Shown here: positions 56,069 to 64,000 of the stretch, piece after piece
Numbering within the stretch: the stretch's first letter is position 1
Layout of the letters: each line of letters opens with the position of its first letter
From: a virus
Length of the DNA stretch: 64,000 nt
Virus record (IMG/VR): IMGVR_UViG_3300028394_000041
Location: 64,001 to 128,000 of that record
Reading direction: 5' to 3' (one strand)
The notes under the pieces: model-generated
The model's input: the letters and a program-made list of their open reading frames with translations, nothing else
Databases searched by the model: none
What the model was told of the DNA's origin: nothing
Program-made: the position numbers and the translations under genes

Positions 56069-57766
56069 TTAAAATATCAATACTTTCTTTTGATTATTGA
56101 TATATGAGTATATTAAATTTCCACTTGTGTAAATGCCTCTAGAACTAGCAGTATCTGTATCAAGGTCAAAGTTAAAATGCAAATTAGCAATTTTATTAGA
56201 ATTAATATTTGAGCTATATTCTATAGCATCAAATTTACAACCACTAAAGATGAATTTAGTTGGGTAAACGTCATTCTTGTTTGAAGCAAAATCTACTACT
56301 ATGTTATAATTATCATTTCTATTTAAAGTATCAAAAAATGAACCTTGGAAACTTTCTTTTGTTAATAAATTTATATTCAATTTACCATTAACTGGAAATT
56401 CTATTTTTTTGATAATTGGAAATTTATAATTAACGCTTTTATAATTTTTTCTATTAAAATTTAAATCAAAATTTAAACCTTGCACAGTATCATTGTAAAA
56501 TTGAATATTACTAAGAGTTCCATAATTAGCAGTTATAGCTCCACCTACTTGATTAAAACTTGAATCAAAATAATAAGTTGTATTTGGGATTGGTACATCA
56601 ACTGATCTGACACTAACTCCATCTTTGAAATAAGTAACAGTCTTTCCGTCGTATTCTATTCTAAATTTTGTTGAAGTTGTATAAGCTCCAAAACTAGTTA
56701 TAAGTGAGCCAGTTTCATAAATATTAAAAGTTGCAGCTGCACTCGTATGGAAAGCATAATTTATTGTGTCATAATTAGCGCTTGCAGTTGGATTTGTACT
56801 TAAACCAAACATAGCTCCAGCTGTGGTTTGATTAGCATTTACCTCAAGATACATATTATTATTATAACCTATGCTAGAATAAGCTTCCGCATCGCCCCAA
56901 GTAGTTCCAGCAATTTTTGTAAATACATTTCCAACTTTACTCATATTTACTGTAGTTATATTTTCAGGAATTAAACTAATAATATTAGTTGAGCCATTAT
57001 TTGGACTTCTATAAAAAGTAACGGTTGCATCTCCTGGCAGGAGAATATTTTCTCCACTCAAATTTGATTGAATATAATTTAAATTTTTTGGAATGATAAT
57101 TGTATCTGTATTTGTTTGATTAATCCCAGATTTTAAGTCTAAGAATGTATACTTTACTCCAGAACCGCTATTATAAAAAGTGATATTGTCTGCACTATAA
57201 TTTTGAGTAACTAATGGCAAATTTCCAACTGAAACATCAAAACCATAAGTATTTAAAGTGCAATTTTGAAAATGAAGCAAACTGTAATTTTTGCTATTTT
57301 TATCTATTACATCTTCGATTGTTGTTGGCTTAATAAGAGAGCTTGATACTGTTGCATTTTCTGAATTAATATCATTCTCGTCTTTATTTATAACAAGATA
57401 AAAGTCTTTATTATTAGATAAAAGATTATTTGTGCATAACCCAGAAAACATTGGTAAATATCTTCCAGAAAAATGATTAACATCAAAATTTAATCTATTC
57501 TCATTTGTAATTCCATCTGGAATATAAGAAAAATCAAATGTTACTTGCGGATTTGCGGCTACTCCTCTAAATATATATTTTTTAGAAGCCATTCCATGCA
57601 ATTCAACCGTATTACTATTTATTCCATAATTGAAATTTTGTATCTTCTCTAGTCTTTTTAAAATTTTATAATTAGCAAGATAATAATCGTTACCGTTTGA
57701 ATACTCTCCAGAATATGGAGCTACAAATAGTCCTTGAGTATTGTAAATGATCCTATTTTTTGGCAT
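56069..57766 (-). CDS. tail-tube paralog with an inserted lectin-like domain
   Basis: MPKNRIIY, PQVTFDFSY, SVGNLP, LPGD and IEFP are collinear with 26431-27576; about 165-aa beta-sandwich insert. Confidence 0.75.
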   Translation of the reverse strand: MPKNRIIYNTQGLFVAPYSGEYSNGNDYYLANYKILKRLEKIQNFNYGINSNTVELHGMASKKYIFRGVAANPQVTFDFSYIPDGITNENRLNFDVNHFSGRYLPMFSGLCTNNLLSNNKDFYLVINKDENDINSENATVSSSLIKPTTIEDVIDKNSKNYSLLHFQNCTLNTYGFDVSVGNLPLVTQNYSADNITFYNSGSGVKYTFLDLKSGINQTNTDTIIIPKNLNYIQSNLSGENILLPGDATVTFYRSPNNGSTNIISLIPENITTVNMSKVGNVFTKIAGTTWGDAEAYSSIGYNNNMYLEVNANQTTAGAMFGLSTNPTASANYDTINYAFHTSAAATFNIYETGSLITSFGAYTTSTKFRIEYDGKTVTYFKDGVSVRSVDVPIPNTTYYFDSSFNQVGGAITANYGTLSNIQFYNDTVQGLNFDLNFNRKNYKSVNYKFPIIKKIEFPVNGKLNINLLTKESFQGSFFDTLNRNDNYNIVVDFASNKNDVYPTKFIFSGCKFDAIEYSSNINSNKIANLHFNFDLDTDTASSRGIYTSGNLIYSYINNQKKVLIF

Positions 57767-57788
57767 GAACCTTAATCCTTGAATAGGA

Positions 57789-57794
57789 TTACAC
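57789..57794 (-). promoter_or_regulatory. GTGTAA late-promoter motif
   Basis: 22 nt upstream of the ATG at 57766. Confidence 0.65.
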
Positions 57795-57812
57795 TATATT
57801 TTAAAATGAATT

Positions 57813-58820
57813 TTAGTTGAATGGAAACACTCTAAACGAACCTGTATTATATAAATTTGAAGCATCTCCAGAAGTTAAAGAATAATTTTTCCAAAATCCG
57901 CAGTTTCGAATAATTGTTTTAGTATTATATTCTGTACTAGCAACTGGAGTCCCATTACTTCCGTTTGGACTTGCTCCTATTCCGAATCCTTTATAAGCTG
58001 ATCCAAAAAACTTAGATCCTGGGGCAGTATATTTTCCAGATCCTTGAAGTATTCCATCGATATAAAGAGTAATCGCTTTATTGAAAGCGTTATTTACTCC
58101 TACTATTTGATGATAACCAGTATCGGTTATTGGACTTAAAGATCTTACTCTTGTCCAACTGTAGGTAGATGGAGTATGAGTTGAAAATGAAAATGTCAAA
58201 TAATCTCCAGTATTTGTATAGTTCGAATTTGTATATTCAAAATGAAATCCTAATTGACCAAAAGGACTGCCAAGTAAAAATTGACTGTTTGAAGCATTAT
58301 TAATGTTCAAACGTTTTGTTTCAAAACTTATAGAAAAATTTTGATTTAAAGTCGCTGGTTCAACTAAATTTGAGCTATAATTAACAAGAGAAGATGTTCC
58401 ACCAGCTACATAAGCTCCAGATGATGAAAATGTATTTGGTCCAATGCTTGTGAAATTATAATCGCCATATGTTGCATTTGAGTTTGTTGTAAAATTCCAC
58501 CAATTAGAAGCTTGAGGTAAGCTGGACATATTTTTTACAGAATATGTGCTTCTGATTTCTGAAGTGCTCCAGCTCGATAGAGGACTTCTAGCCCATGTAT
58601 TTTGGTCAATACAGTAATAAACATATTGTTTATCAAAAGCTAAACTTCCTTTTGTGCCTGGAGATGTTGTCGATACAGGAGAACTAACCAAATTCACATC
58701 TCTATTTAATGTTTGATCTAAAATTAGTCTATACCCAGAGATAACCAATTCATTAGTATTATTATTGACTACTAACTGTCTATTTGGATCATTATAATAA
58801 ATTGTATTTAATTGACTCAT
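57813..58820 (-). CDS. virion protein with fibre module and LamG-like domain
   Basis: PGTKGSLAFDKQYVYYCIDQNTWAR module; YHQIVGV..ITLYIDG..LYN. Start ATG 58820 is preferred. Confidence 0.7.
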   Translation of the reverse strand: MSQLNTIYYNDPNRQLVVNNNTNELVISGYRLILDQTLNRDVNLVSSPVSTTSPGTKGSLAFDKQYVYYCIDQNTWARSPLSSWSTSEIRSTYSVKNMSSLPQASNWWNFTTNSNATYGDYNFTSIGPNTFSSSGAYVAGGTSSLVNYSSNLVEPATLNQNFSISFETKRLNINNASNSQFLLGSPFGQLGFHFEYTNSNYTNTGDYLTFSFSTHTPSTYSWTRVRSLSPITDTGYHQIVGVNNAFNKAITLYIDGILQGSGKYTAPGSKFFGSAYKGFGIGASPNGSNGTPVASTEYNTKTIIRNCGFWKNYSLTSGDASNLYNTGSFRVFPFN

Positions 58821-59242
58821 ATTAATGATATTCCAGCTGTTGCTGTTACACTTATCCATCCAGTATAATTGTTATTTTTTATTCCTACTATTTTTAAGGC
58901 TACTGGAGCAGTTAAACTTACAGTAGAATCTGCATTGTCAAATTTTTGGCCATTATATCCAGTAATAAAAAGAGGTTGATTGGTAGAAGAAATATTTTTA
59001 ATTGTTAGTGTTTGAGTATCAATAATGTCTGGTAAATATCCAGTATATTGTTTAGAATCATCAGAAGTAAAAACTGTTAATGAGCTATCAATAGTAAAAT
59101 TTTGATTTTTGTATAAAGCGTAATTTGTGTAAAGATTTTTATTTTCGTAAGCGTCGCCGCTAATTCTAACATATCTAGTATCTAATTGACCCGACTGGGT
59201 TAATTGGGCTGTAAATACTTGCAATCCATTAAATGTACGCAT
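58817..59242 (-). CDS. small virion protein
   Basis: C-terminal domain resembles the C-terminus of 40356-41699 (KN..ITG..D..NN.YTGW). Confidence 0.6.
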   Translation of the reverse strand: MRTFNGLQVFTAQLTQSGQLDTRYVRISGDAYENKNLYTNYALYKNQNFTIDSSLTVFTSDDSKQYTGYLPDIIDTQTLTIKNISSTNQPLFITGYNGQKFDNADSTVSLTAPVALKIVGIKNNNYTGWISVTATAGISLI

Positions 59243-59251
59243 ACAACTTTA

Positions 59252-59257
59252 TTACAC
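59252..59257 (-). promoter_or_regulatory. GTGTAA late-promoter motif (leaderless)
   Basis: 9 nt upstream of the ATG at 59242. Confidence 0.65.
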
Positions 59258-59263
59258 GGAAAA

Positions 59264-61195
59264 TTAAACTTTGCTATAATATAATAAAGAGGCTAAATAA
59301 TTTGTTATTTGATGCTCTGAGGCTAACTCTTGTATAGCATTTACTTGTTCGAAGTTTTTATCGAAAGGTTTGTCTATATAATCTTTAATTTTAGAGTTCC
59401 AGTTTTCTGGGATTTCATTAGCTATGATGATTTCAGTTAAGCTTTCGGAGTCTTCTTTTTGTTGATTAGTTAGCTTTTTAACGTTAAATTTCTTTCTAAG
59501 TGCAGATTTAACTTCTTCTTCAAGGGTTTGACTAGCTAAGATGTTTTCTTTAATTTTAGATAATGAGAAATTCGCTTTAACTTTCGCGCCTTTTTGCCCA
59601 ATTGGAGATGCATTTTTTGTGCTTTGTGGAATTCCAGTGGTTCCAGCTGGTCTTCCAGACTGTTGCGCTGATCCACCTATAATTGGTTGATAAAGACCTT
59701 GGTCTCTTAAATCTTTAAATTTTTGTTGAGATTCTAAAGACTCTTCTTCAGTTGGTAATCTGCCTTTTTCAATTGCTTGAATACCTTCTTCTGGAGTAAG
59801 CACTCCAAGTTCCATTAGTCTATTATAAACTCTAGATAATTGAGTGTCATCCTTAAGATTCATATCTTGAAATTTAGGCACTGGAAAGTTTTTAAAACCA
59901 AGATCCTTACTGATCCTTCTGATTTCTGGAATTAAAAATTCATTAATAAACACTTCTCTGCCTTGGTTTAATCTTTCTACAAAAACTTTAACTTTGATAC
60001 TTTGATTAGCGAATTTTTCACTTCCAATCAAAACATTATTTAAACCAATTTGGATATCTTTATCTACCACTTCATATTTTTGTGGTCCAATAAGACTGGC
60101 TATATCTGGAATCACAAACTCAGCCTTGGTTGTATAATCAGCTATAAGAACTCTACCAATACTTTGATTTTCAAATAAAGATTGCATGGCTTGTAAGTTT
60201 TTTGGATTTACTCCACCTTTATCTGGTTCTGCGCCCATAGTTACCAATAAAATTGCTTGTTGCATGGTTCTTGTAACTGCCATATCCATTTTTTTCATTT
60301 CAAGTTTCCAATTAATATCATCAAGGACTGGGAATCCCATTGGAACAGAAAGAGGTTCGTAATCTTGCTTTTTGTAGAAAACTGCGGCTAATTTTGTTTT
60401 ATCCAATGGGACAAGTATATAAGAACTATTTTTATTTTTAATTTTTTCTTTAACATCTGCTGGTAAAGAATTGTATACTTCTGTATCTTCATCTGTTTTT
60501 GGGCTTCTTAATCTTTCTAATTCGTAATCACTTAATAATTTATAATAAACATTAAAAGCATAATTAACTGTTCCGCCAACATAGATGTCTGCAGGATTAA
60601 CAATGGCATATCTTGCTGGTAATTTAATAGAGCCATCTTCCGCTATAGTTTTTAATTTAGATCCAAAAGTTTGAGTGACTTTTAAAAATTGCTCTGGACT
60701 CAATACGGTATCAAATCTATAAACAAACACGTTTCCACTTCTGTAGTATTCCCTAAAAAATTGATCAAGAAAGCTAGCTAAATTAATTTTTTTAAAATAT
60801 GCCTCAAAAAATTCTCTTGATTTTTGACTTCCGCCAGTAAGATAAATTGGGCTACTTGAAAATTCGGTCATTAAATCTATGGTGTTTCTGAAAATTGCTA
60901 CATTATAATATGCTTTTTGACATAGTATGATCGCATCTCTTATGTCTAGAGTTGAAAGATTTTTAACGTAATTAGAATATCTAAAAGGAATTAAACCTTT
61001 ATCAATATTTGCAAATCGATCAGTTCTCTCTATTGTTGACGAAGCGTTCCTTCTAAAAGAAGACGTAGAAGCTCTAATTTCTGATATTTTTGCTCTTTTA
61101 CTATCACTATTAGATTCGCTTCCGTATACCATTAACGGAATATTTTCTTGAATTGAAGCTTTTGTTTCTTGTATTTTTTTATTCTTTTTACTCAT
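59264..61195 (-). CDS. portal protein
   Basis: Follows TerL; FRNTIDLMTEF, REYYRSGNVFVY, and a helical portal-like body. Confidence 0.85.
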   Translation of the reverse strand: MSKKNKKIQETKASIQENIPLMVYGSESNSDSKRAKISEIRASTSSFRRNASSTIERTDRFANIDKGLIPFRYSNYVKNLSTLDIRDAIILCQKAYYNVAIFRNTIDLMTEFSSSPIYLTGGSQKSREFFEAYFKKINLASFLDQFFREYYRSGNVFVYRFDTVLSPEQFLKVTQTFGSKLKTIAEDGSIKLPARYAIVNPADIYVGGTVNYAFNVYYKLLSDYELERLRSPKTDEDTEVYNSLPADVKEKIKNKNSSYILVPLDKTKLAAVFYKKQDYEPLSVPMGFPVLDDINWKLEMKKMDMAVTRTMQQAILLVTMGAEPDKGGVNPKNLQAMQSLFENQSIGRVLIADYTTKAEFVIPDIASLIGPQKYEVVDKDIQIGLNNVLIGSEKFANQSIKVKVFVERLNQGREVFINEFLIPEIRRISKDLGFKNFPVPKFQDMNLKDDTQLSRVYNRLMELGVLTPEEGIQAIEKGRLPTEEESLESQQKFKDLRDQGLYQPIIGGSAQQSGRPAGTTGIPQSTKNASPIGQKGAKVKANFSLSKIKENILASQTLEEEVKSALRKKFNVKKLTNQQKEDSESLTEIIIANEIPENWNSKIKDYIDKPFDKNFEQVNAIQELASEHQITNYLASLLYYSKV

Positions 61196-61208
61196 AAAAT
61201 CGTATATA

Positions 61209-61214
61209 TTACAC
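61209..61214 (-). promoter_or_regulatory. GTGTAA late-promoter motif
   Basis: 13 nt upstream of the portal ATG. Confidence 0.65.
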
Positions 61215-63059
61215 TTAATTGATCATTATAGGTGAAAAAGTGCTCGATATTTGATCAATTGGAGCGGTCATTATATCATAATAGGACTTTAAGCCCCAAT
61301 TTGCTAATAAAAGTGCAGAATAATTATCTTTTCTTGCTTTATTTGAAGATGAACTTCTTTTTAAATGTTGAGGTAAATCAAAAGACTGAGTCCCTCTAGC
61401 TGTGGAAGAGTGCTCTACAAGAGTGCATTGCTTTTTAGTTTGGTATATAAAATCATCTTGATTTTCAATAAAATCTAAGGTTGACCAATCCTTTTTGTCT
61501 TCAGTTTTCATTAATTCGATAGGTATATTTTGGCTAAATTGAGATTCAAAGAAGTTATCGTTTGCACAGGTTTTGCTCGCAAACCATATCTTTTTATAAT
61601 CAATAGACGCTTGTAAATATTCGTTTGCTTTTCGAATAAAATTACTTGTAAAAACTTGATTGAATGCTATTCTTTTATTTTCTAAGTTATATAAATTTCT
61701 GGCTCTTCTAACTTCTTGGTCATAGTCTAATCCTTCTAAATCTGAATTGAACTCAAAACTATTAATTAGTAAATTATTCTTTTTAAACATTTCTGACTGA
61801 TTACAGGCGGATAAGAATACATCTGCGCCAGCATTATCTAAAATCATAAATACAATATTAAAATTAGTCATGATGTAATATAAATAATTAACGTGATTTT
61901 TTAAATTTCCTAACCCAGCATAAGTATGCACTAGTGCGCCAGTTTTATTTTCTTCATCAATTTCCATTACTGCCATAGCAAAATAATCTGCATTTGGACT
62001 ATCGCTCATATTAGGATCAATACCGAGAATATATTTTTTCCCAGGAATCCCTTTCATTAAAGTATGAGGAGTTTCTCCATTTTTAATTGTACAATCTTCC
62101 ATTTTTTTTGCACTAAAATAACTATCGCTACCATCAATAAATCTTGCACAATATTCTCTTAGAAAGCTACTATGACTTGATCCTCCATTTTGAGCTTCTT
62201 CAATAATAGTCTTATCTATCATTTCTAATGGAAGAGCTTCATAACTTAATTGAGAAATAAAATAAGATGCCTCTGTCTCCTCTTTGCAATTGATTTTTTC
62301 TATCCATTCATTATATGTTTTATAAAGATTTTCAAAAGTATAGCTCGCAGAAGAAAGTGCTATCATTTTACTATTGTTTTCAAATACAATTCTATCTTCT
62401 TCTTTCATTAATCCATCTTTTATTAAAGCATCTTCTGTTTCTCGAATTTCCATTCTCTCTTTCATGTTTTGTGGCGCAACTAAAAATGGCATCAAAACAG
62501 TTTTAATAATGTCTTCTGAAAGAAGTAAAAACTCATCTAATACAAGTACATTTGCTCTGAATCCTCGAATTTTTTCTCCATTCAAAGGTATTGCGACTAT
62601 ACTTCCACCATTTATAGCCCATTCATATTGATCATTTCTTTTACTTTTGGAGCCAAAAGCTTGTTGAAGAAGTTCTGCTCCTTTGCTATTTACAATTTTT
62701 TCTAAATTATTAAATATAAATCTGGCAGTTCTAAAGGTTGGTCCTGCAATTAAAATTTTTGTATTGGGTTCGAAAACGCATTGAAGAAAACAAAAAACTG
62801 CTGCTACAAAACTTTTTCCACAACCTCTACCCCAAACGCACATATTAAAATTTCTAGTCATTAGAGCTTTTAAATGGATTTCTTGATATGCTGCTAATTT
62901 TATACCGCTAATAAGTTCTGTGGTAAAGCCTAAGTTCGCTCTCAAGAATTTCGCTAAACTAATTTTTGCTTCTTTATCATTTAAGATGCCTTTTAGTTCC
63001 ATTAATTCTTTATTAATGTCATGTTGCTCTTTTTTATATTTATCTGGAGAATATATCAT
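61215..63059 (-). CDS. terL: terminase large subunit
   Basis: Walker A GRGCGKS, IRGFRA, Walker B VLVLDE, nuclease LGIDP and KDNYSA. Start ATG 63059 is preferred. Confidence 0.93.
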   Translation of the reverse strand: MIYSPDKYKKEQHDINKELMELKGILNDKEAKISLAKFLRANLGFTTELISGIKLAAYQEIHLKALMTRNFNMCVWGRGCGKSFVAAVFCFLQCVFEPNTKILIAGPTFRTARFIFNNLEKIVNSKGAELLQQAFGSKSKRNDQYEWAINGGSIVAIPLNGEKIRGFRANVLVLDEFLLLSEDIIKTVLMPFLVAPQNMKERMEIRETEDALIKDGLMKEEDRIVFENNSKMIALSSASYTFENLYKTYNEWIEKINCKEETEASYFISQLSYEALPLEMIDKTIIEEAQNGGSSHSSFLREYCARFIDGSDSYFSAKKMEDCTIKNGETPHTLMKGIPGKKYILGIDPNMSDSPNADYFAMAVMEIDEENKTGALVHTYAGLGNLKNHVNYLYYIMTNFNIVFMILDNAGADVFLSACNQSEMFKKNNLLINSFEFNSDLEGLDYDQEVRRARNLYNLENKRIAFNQVFTSNFIRKANEYLQASIDYKKIWFASKTCANDNFFESQFSQNIPIELMKTEDKKDWSTLDFIENQDDFIYQTKKQCTLVEHSSTARGTQSFDLPQHLKRSSSSNKARKDNYSALLLANWGLKSYYDIMTAPIDQISSTFSPIMIN

Positions 63060-63991
63060 AAAAGTTTTAGATCGTAAGCAAGTTGAAGATCTATTTCCCT
63101 GTAAAAGCAATTTGATGTAAAAATTGACTCAATTACCCTAGTCATTTCTACTCTTCCGTCCACAAAAAGAAATTGTAAATTATCATAATTTTGTAACAAC
63201 TCTCTAACGTTATGGAATATATATTCTGGCGTAGCTTTAATTTTTTTACTAATGTGCGGAAGATATTGAAAGCTAAGGGCATTGGATAGTTTTTCCTCTA
63301 CCACTACTACTAAATAAGCTCCGCTTTTCTTCGCTCGTTCTATTTCGTTTTTAAATCTATCGAAATTTTTAACACTTAAGGTACTAATAAAATCGCTTAG
63401 GCTTTTTCTTTCTATAAAGCATTTACAATTATTATTACTGCAAGAATAATCTCCAAATGGTAATGTTTTAATTTCAAATTTTGCATCAAACTTTAACCAG
63501 CTTTGCTCCCTTGTGTCAACATAAATGATTGATTTTTTATTTAATTTATTTTTAAATTGATCAACTATATTATTAGTGTGAATAAATTTATTTTTTAACC
63601 CTAGATCGGCGCAAACATCATAATAATCATTGAATATCTTGTTATAAAATATAATTGATGGACACATTATAGTTCTTAGTTCTACCTGAGAAGGACTATA
63701 TAATAGATTTTTATCTTGTTTTCTTTTGAGGATTAATGATTTACAATATTCTTGGGCTTTTTCAATTGGCTGTTGTTTAAGCCATTTTTTCATATTATTT
63801 TTATCATTAAAATCGCTACTTAAATACTGCTCTTTGGTTTTAAAATTAATCAGTTCATTTGTTAAAAGGTCTCGTCTTTCAAAATACGTTTGATAGTATT
63901 TAGCTTTATTAAGCTTGTACCCTTTTAAAGACATATGTAAAGATTTTTCGTTTGGGAATTCTTTTCCATCTACTTTGCAAATAACTGACAT
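63056..63991 (-). CDS. ERCC4-domain (XPF/Mus81-like) structure-specific nuclease
   Basis: IYVDTREQ, LPFGDY, IERKSLSDF; 4-nt overlap with terL. Confidence 0.85.
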   Translation of the reverse strand: MSVICKVDGKEFPNEKSLHMSLKGYKLNKAKYYQTYFERRDLLTNELINFKTKEQYLSSDFNDKNNMKKWLKQQPIEKAQEYCKSLILKRKQDKNLLYSPSQVELRTIMCPSIIFYNKIFNDYYDVCADLGLKNKFIHTNNIVDQFKNKLNKKSIIYVDTREQSWLKFDAKFEIKTLPFGDYSCSNNNCKCFIERKSLSDFISTLSVKNFDRFKNEIERAKKSGAYLVVVVEEKLSNALSFQYLPHISKKIKATPEYIFHNVRELLQNYDNLQFLFVDGRVEMTRVIESIFTSNCFYREIDLQLAYDLKLL

Positions 63992-64000
63992 AATTTTATC

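Noticed and set aside
26620-59135. Scattered intragenic antisense GTGTAA hits (for example near 26625, 56127, 59127)
   Set aside because: They are not upstream of any gene and fit chance occurrence in AT-rich DNA. Sense hits at 40412 and 58846 precede downstream starts but are unconfirmed.
1-64000. tRNA genes, CRISPR arrays, inteins/introns in dnaE or terL
   Set aside because: No cloverleaf, no regular repeat-spacer array, and no intein-sized insertions or splicing motifs were seen; intergenic gaps are nearly all under 130 bp.

Overview
This 64 kb window is an AT-rich (roughly 30% GC by eye) segment of a large tailed dsDNA phage (Caudoviricetes) that uses the standard code, since TAA, TGA and TAG all end genes. 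The left end (+ strand) is a replication/modification block: the 3' part of a DnaE-type polymerase, a Whirly/PC4-like ssDNA-binding protein, two glycosyltransferase genes and a Rad52/ERF-like annealing protein, with sigma70-type promoters. A lambda-type tail-tip operon (gpM, L, K, I, J) follows on +. It converges on a long - strand morphogenesis region: ERCC4 nuclease, TerL, portal, a tail-tube paralog, a lysis cassette, prohead protease/scaffold, decoration protein, major capsid protein, about 16 kb of fibre/lectin/beta-propeller genes, neck proteins, tail tube, chaperones and a 2559-aa tape measure. I found no tRNA, CRISPR array, integrase, reverse transcriptase or intein. Main observations: (1) a GT4-Zn ribbon-DUF4214-half-GT9 enzyme whose other GT9 half is the next gene, together with strong S-G/T-G enrichment in virion-surface proteins, which suggests a phage-encoded virion glycosylation system; (2) a GTGTAA late-promoter motif before 17-18 morphogenesis genes, many apparently leaderless; (3) two candidate structured RNAs (50465-50546 with a possible loop-loop pseudoknot, and the 41700-41794 leader); (4) three tail-tube paralogs; (5) a lipoprotein gene broken by a single in-frame TGA. 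All family calls come from motif recognition by eye, without database searches.
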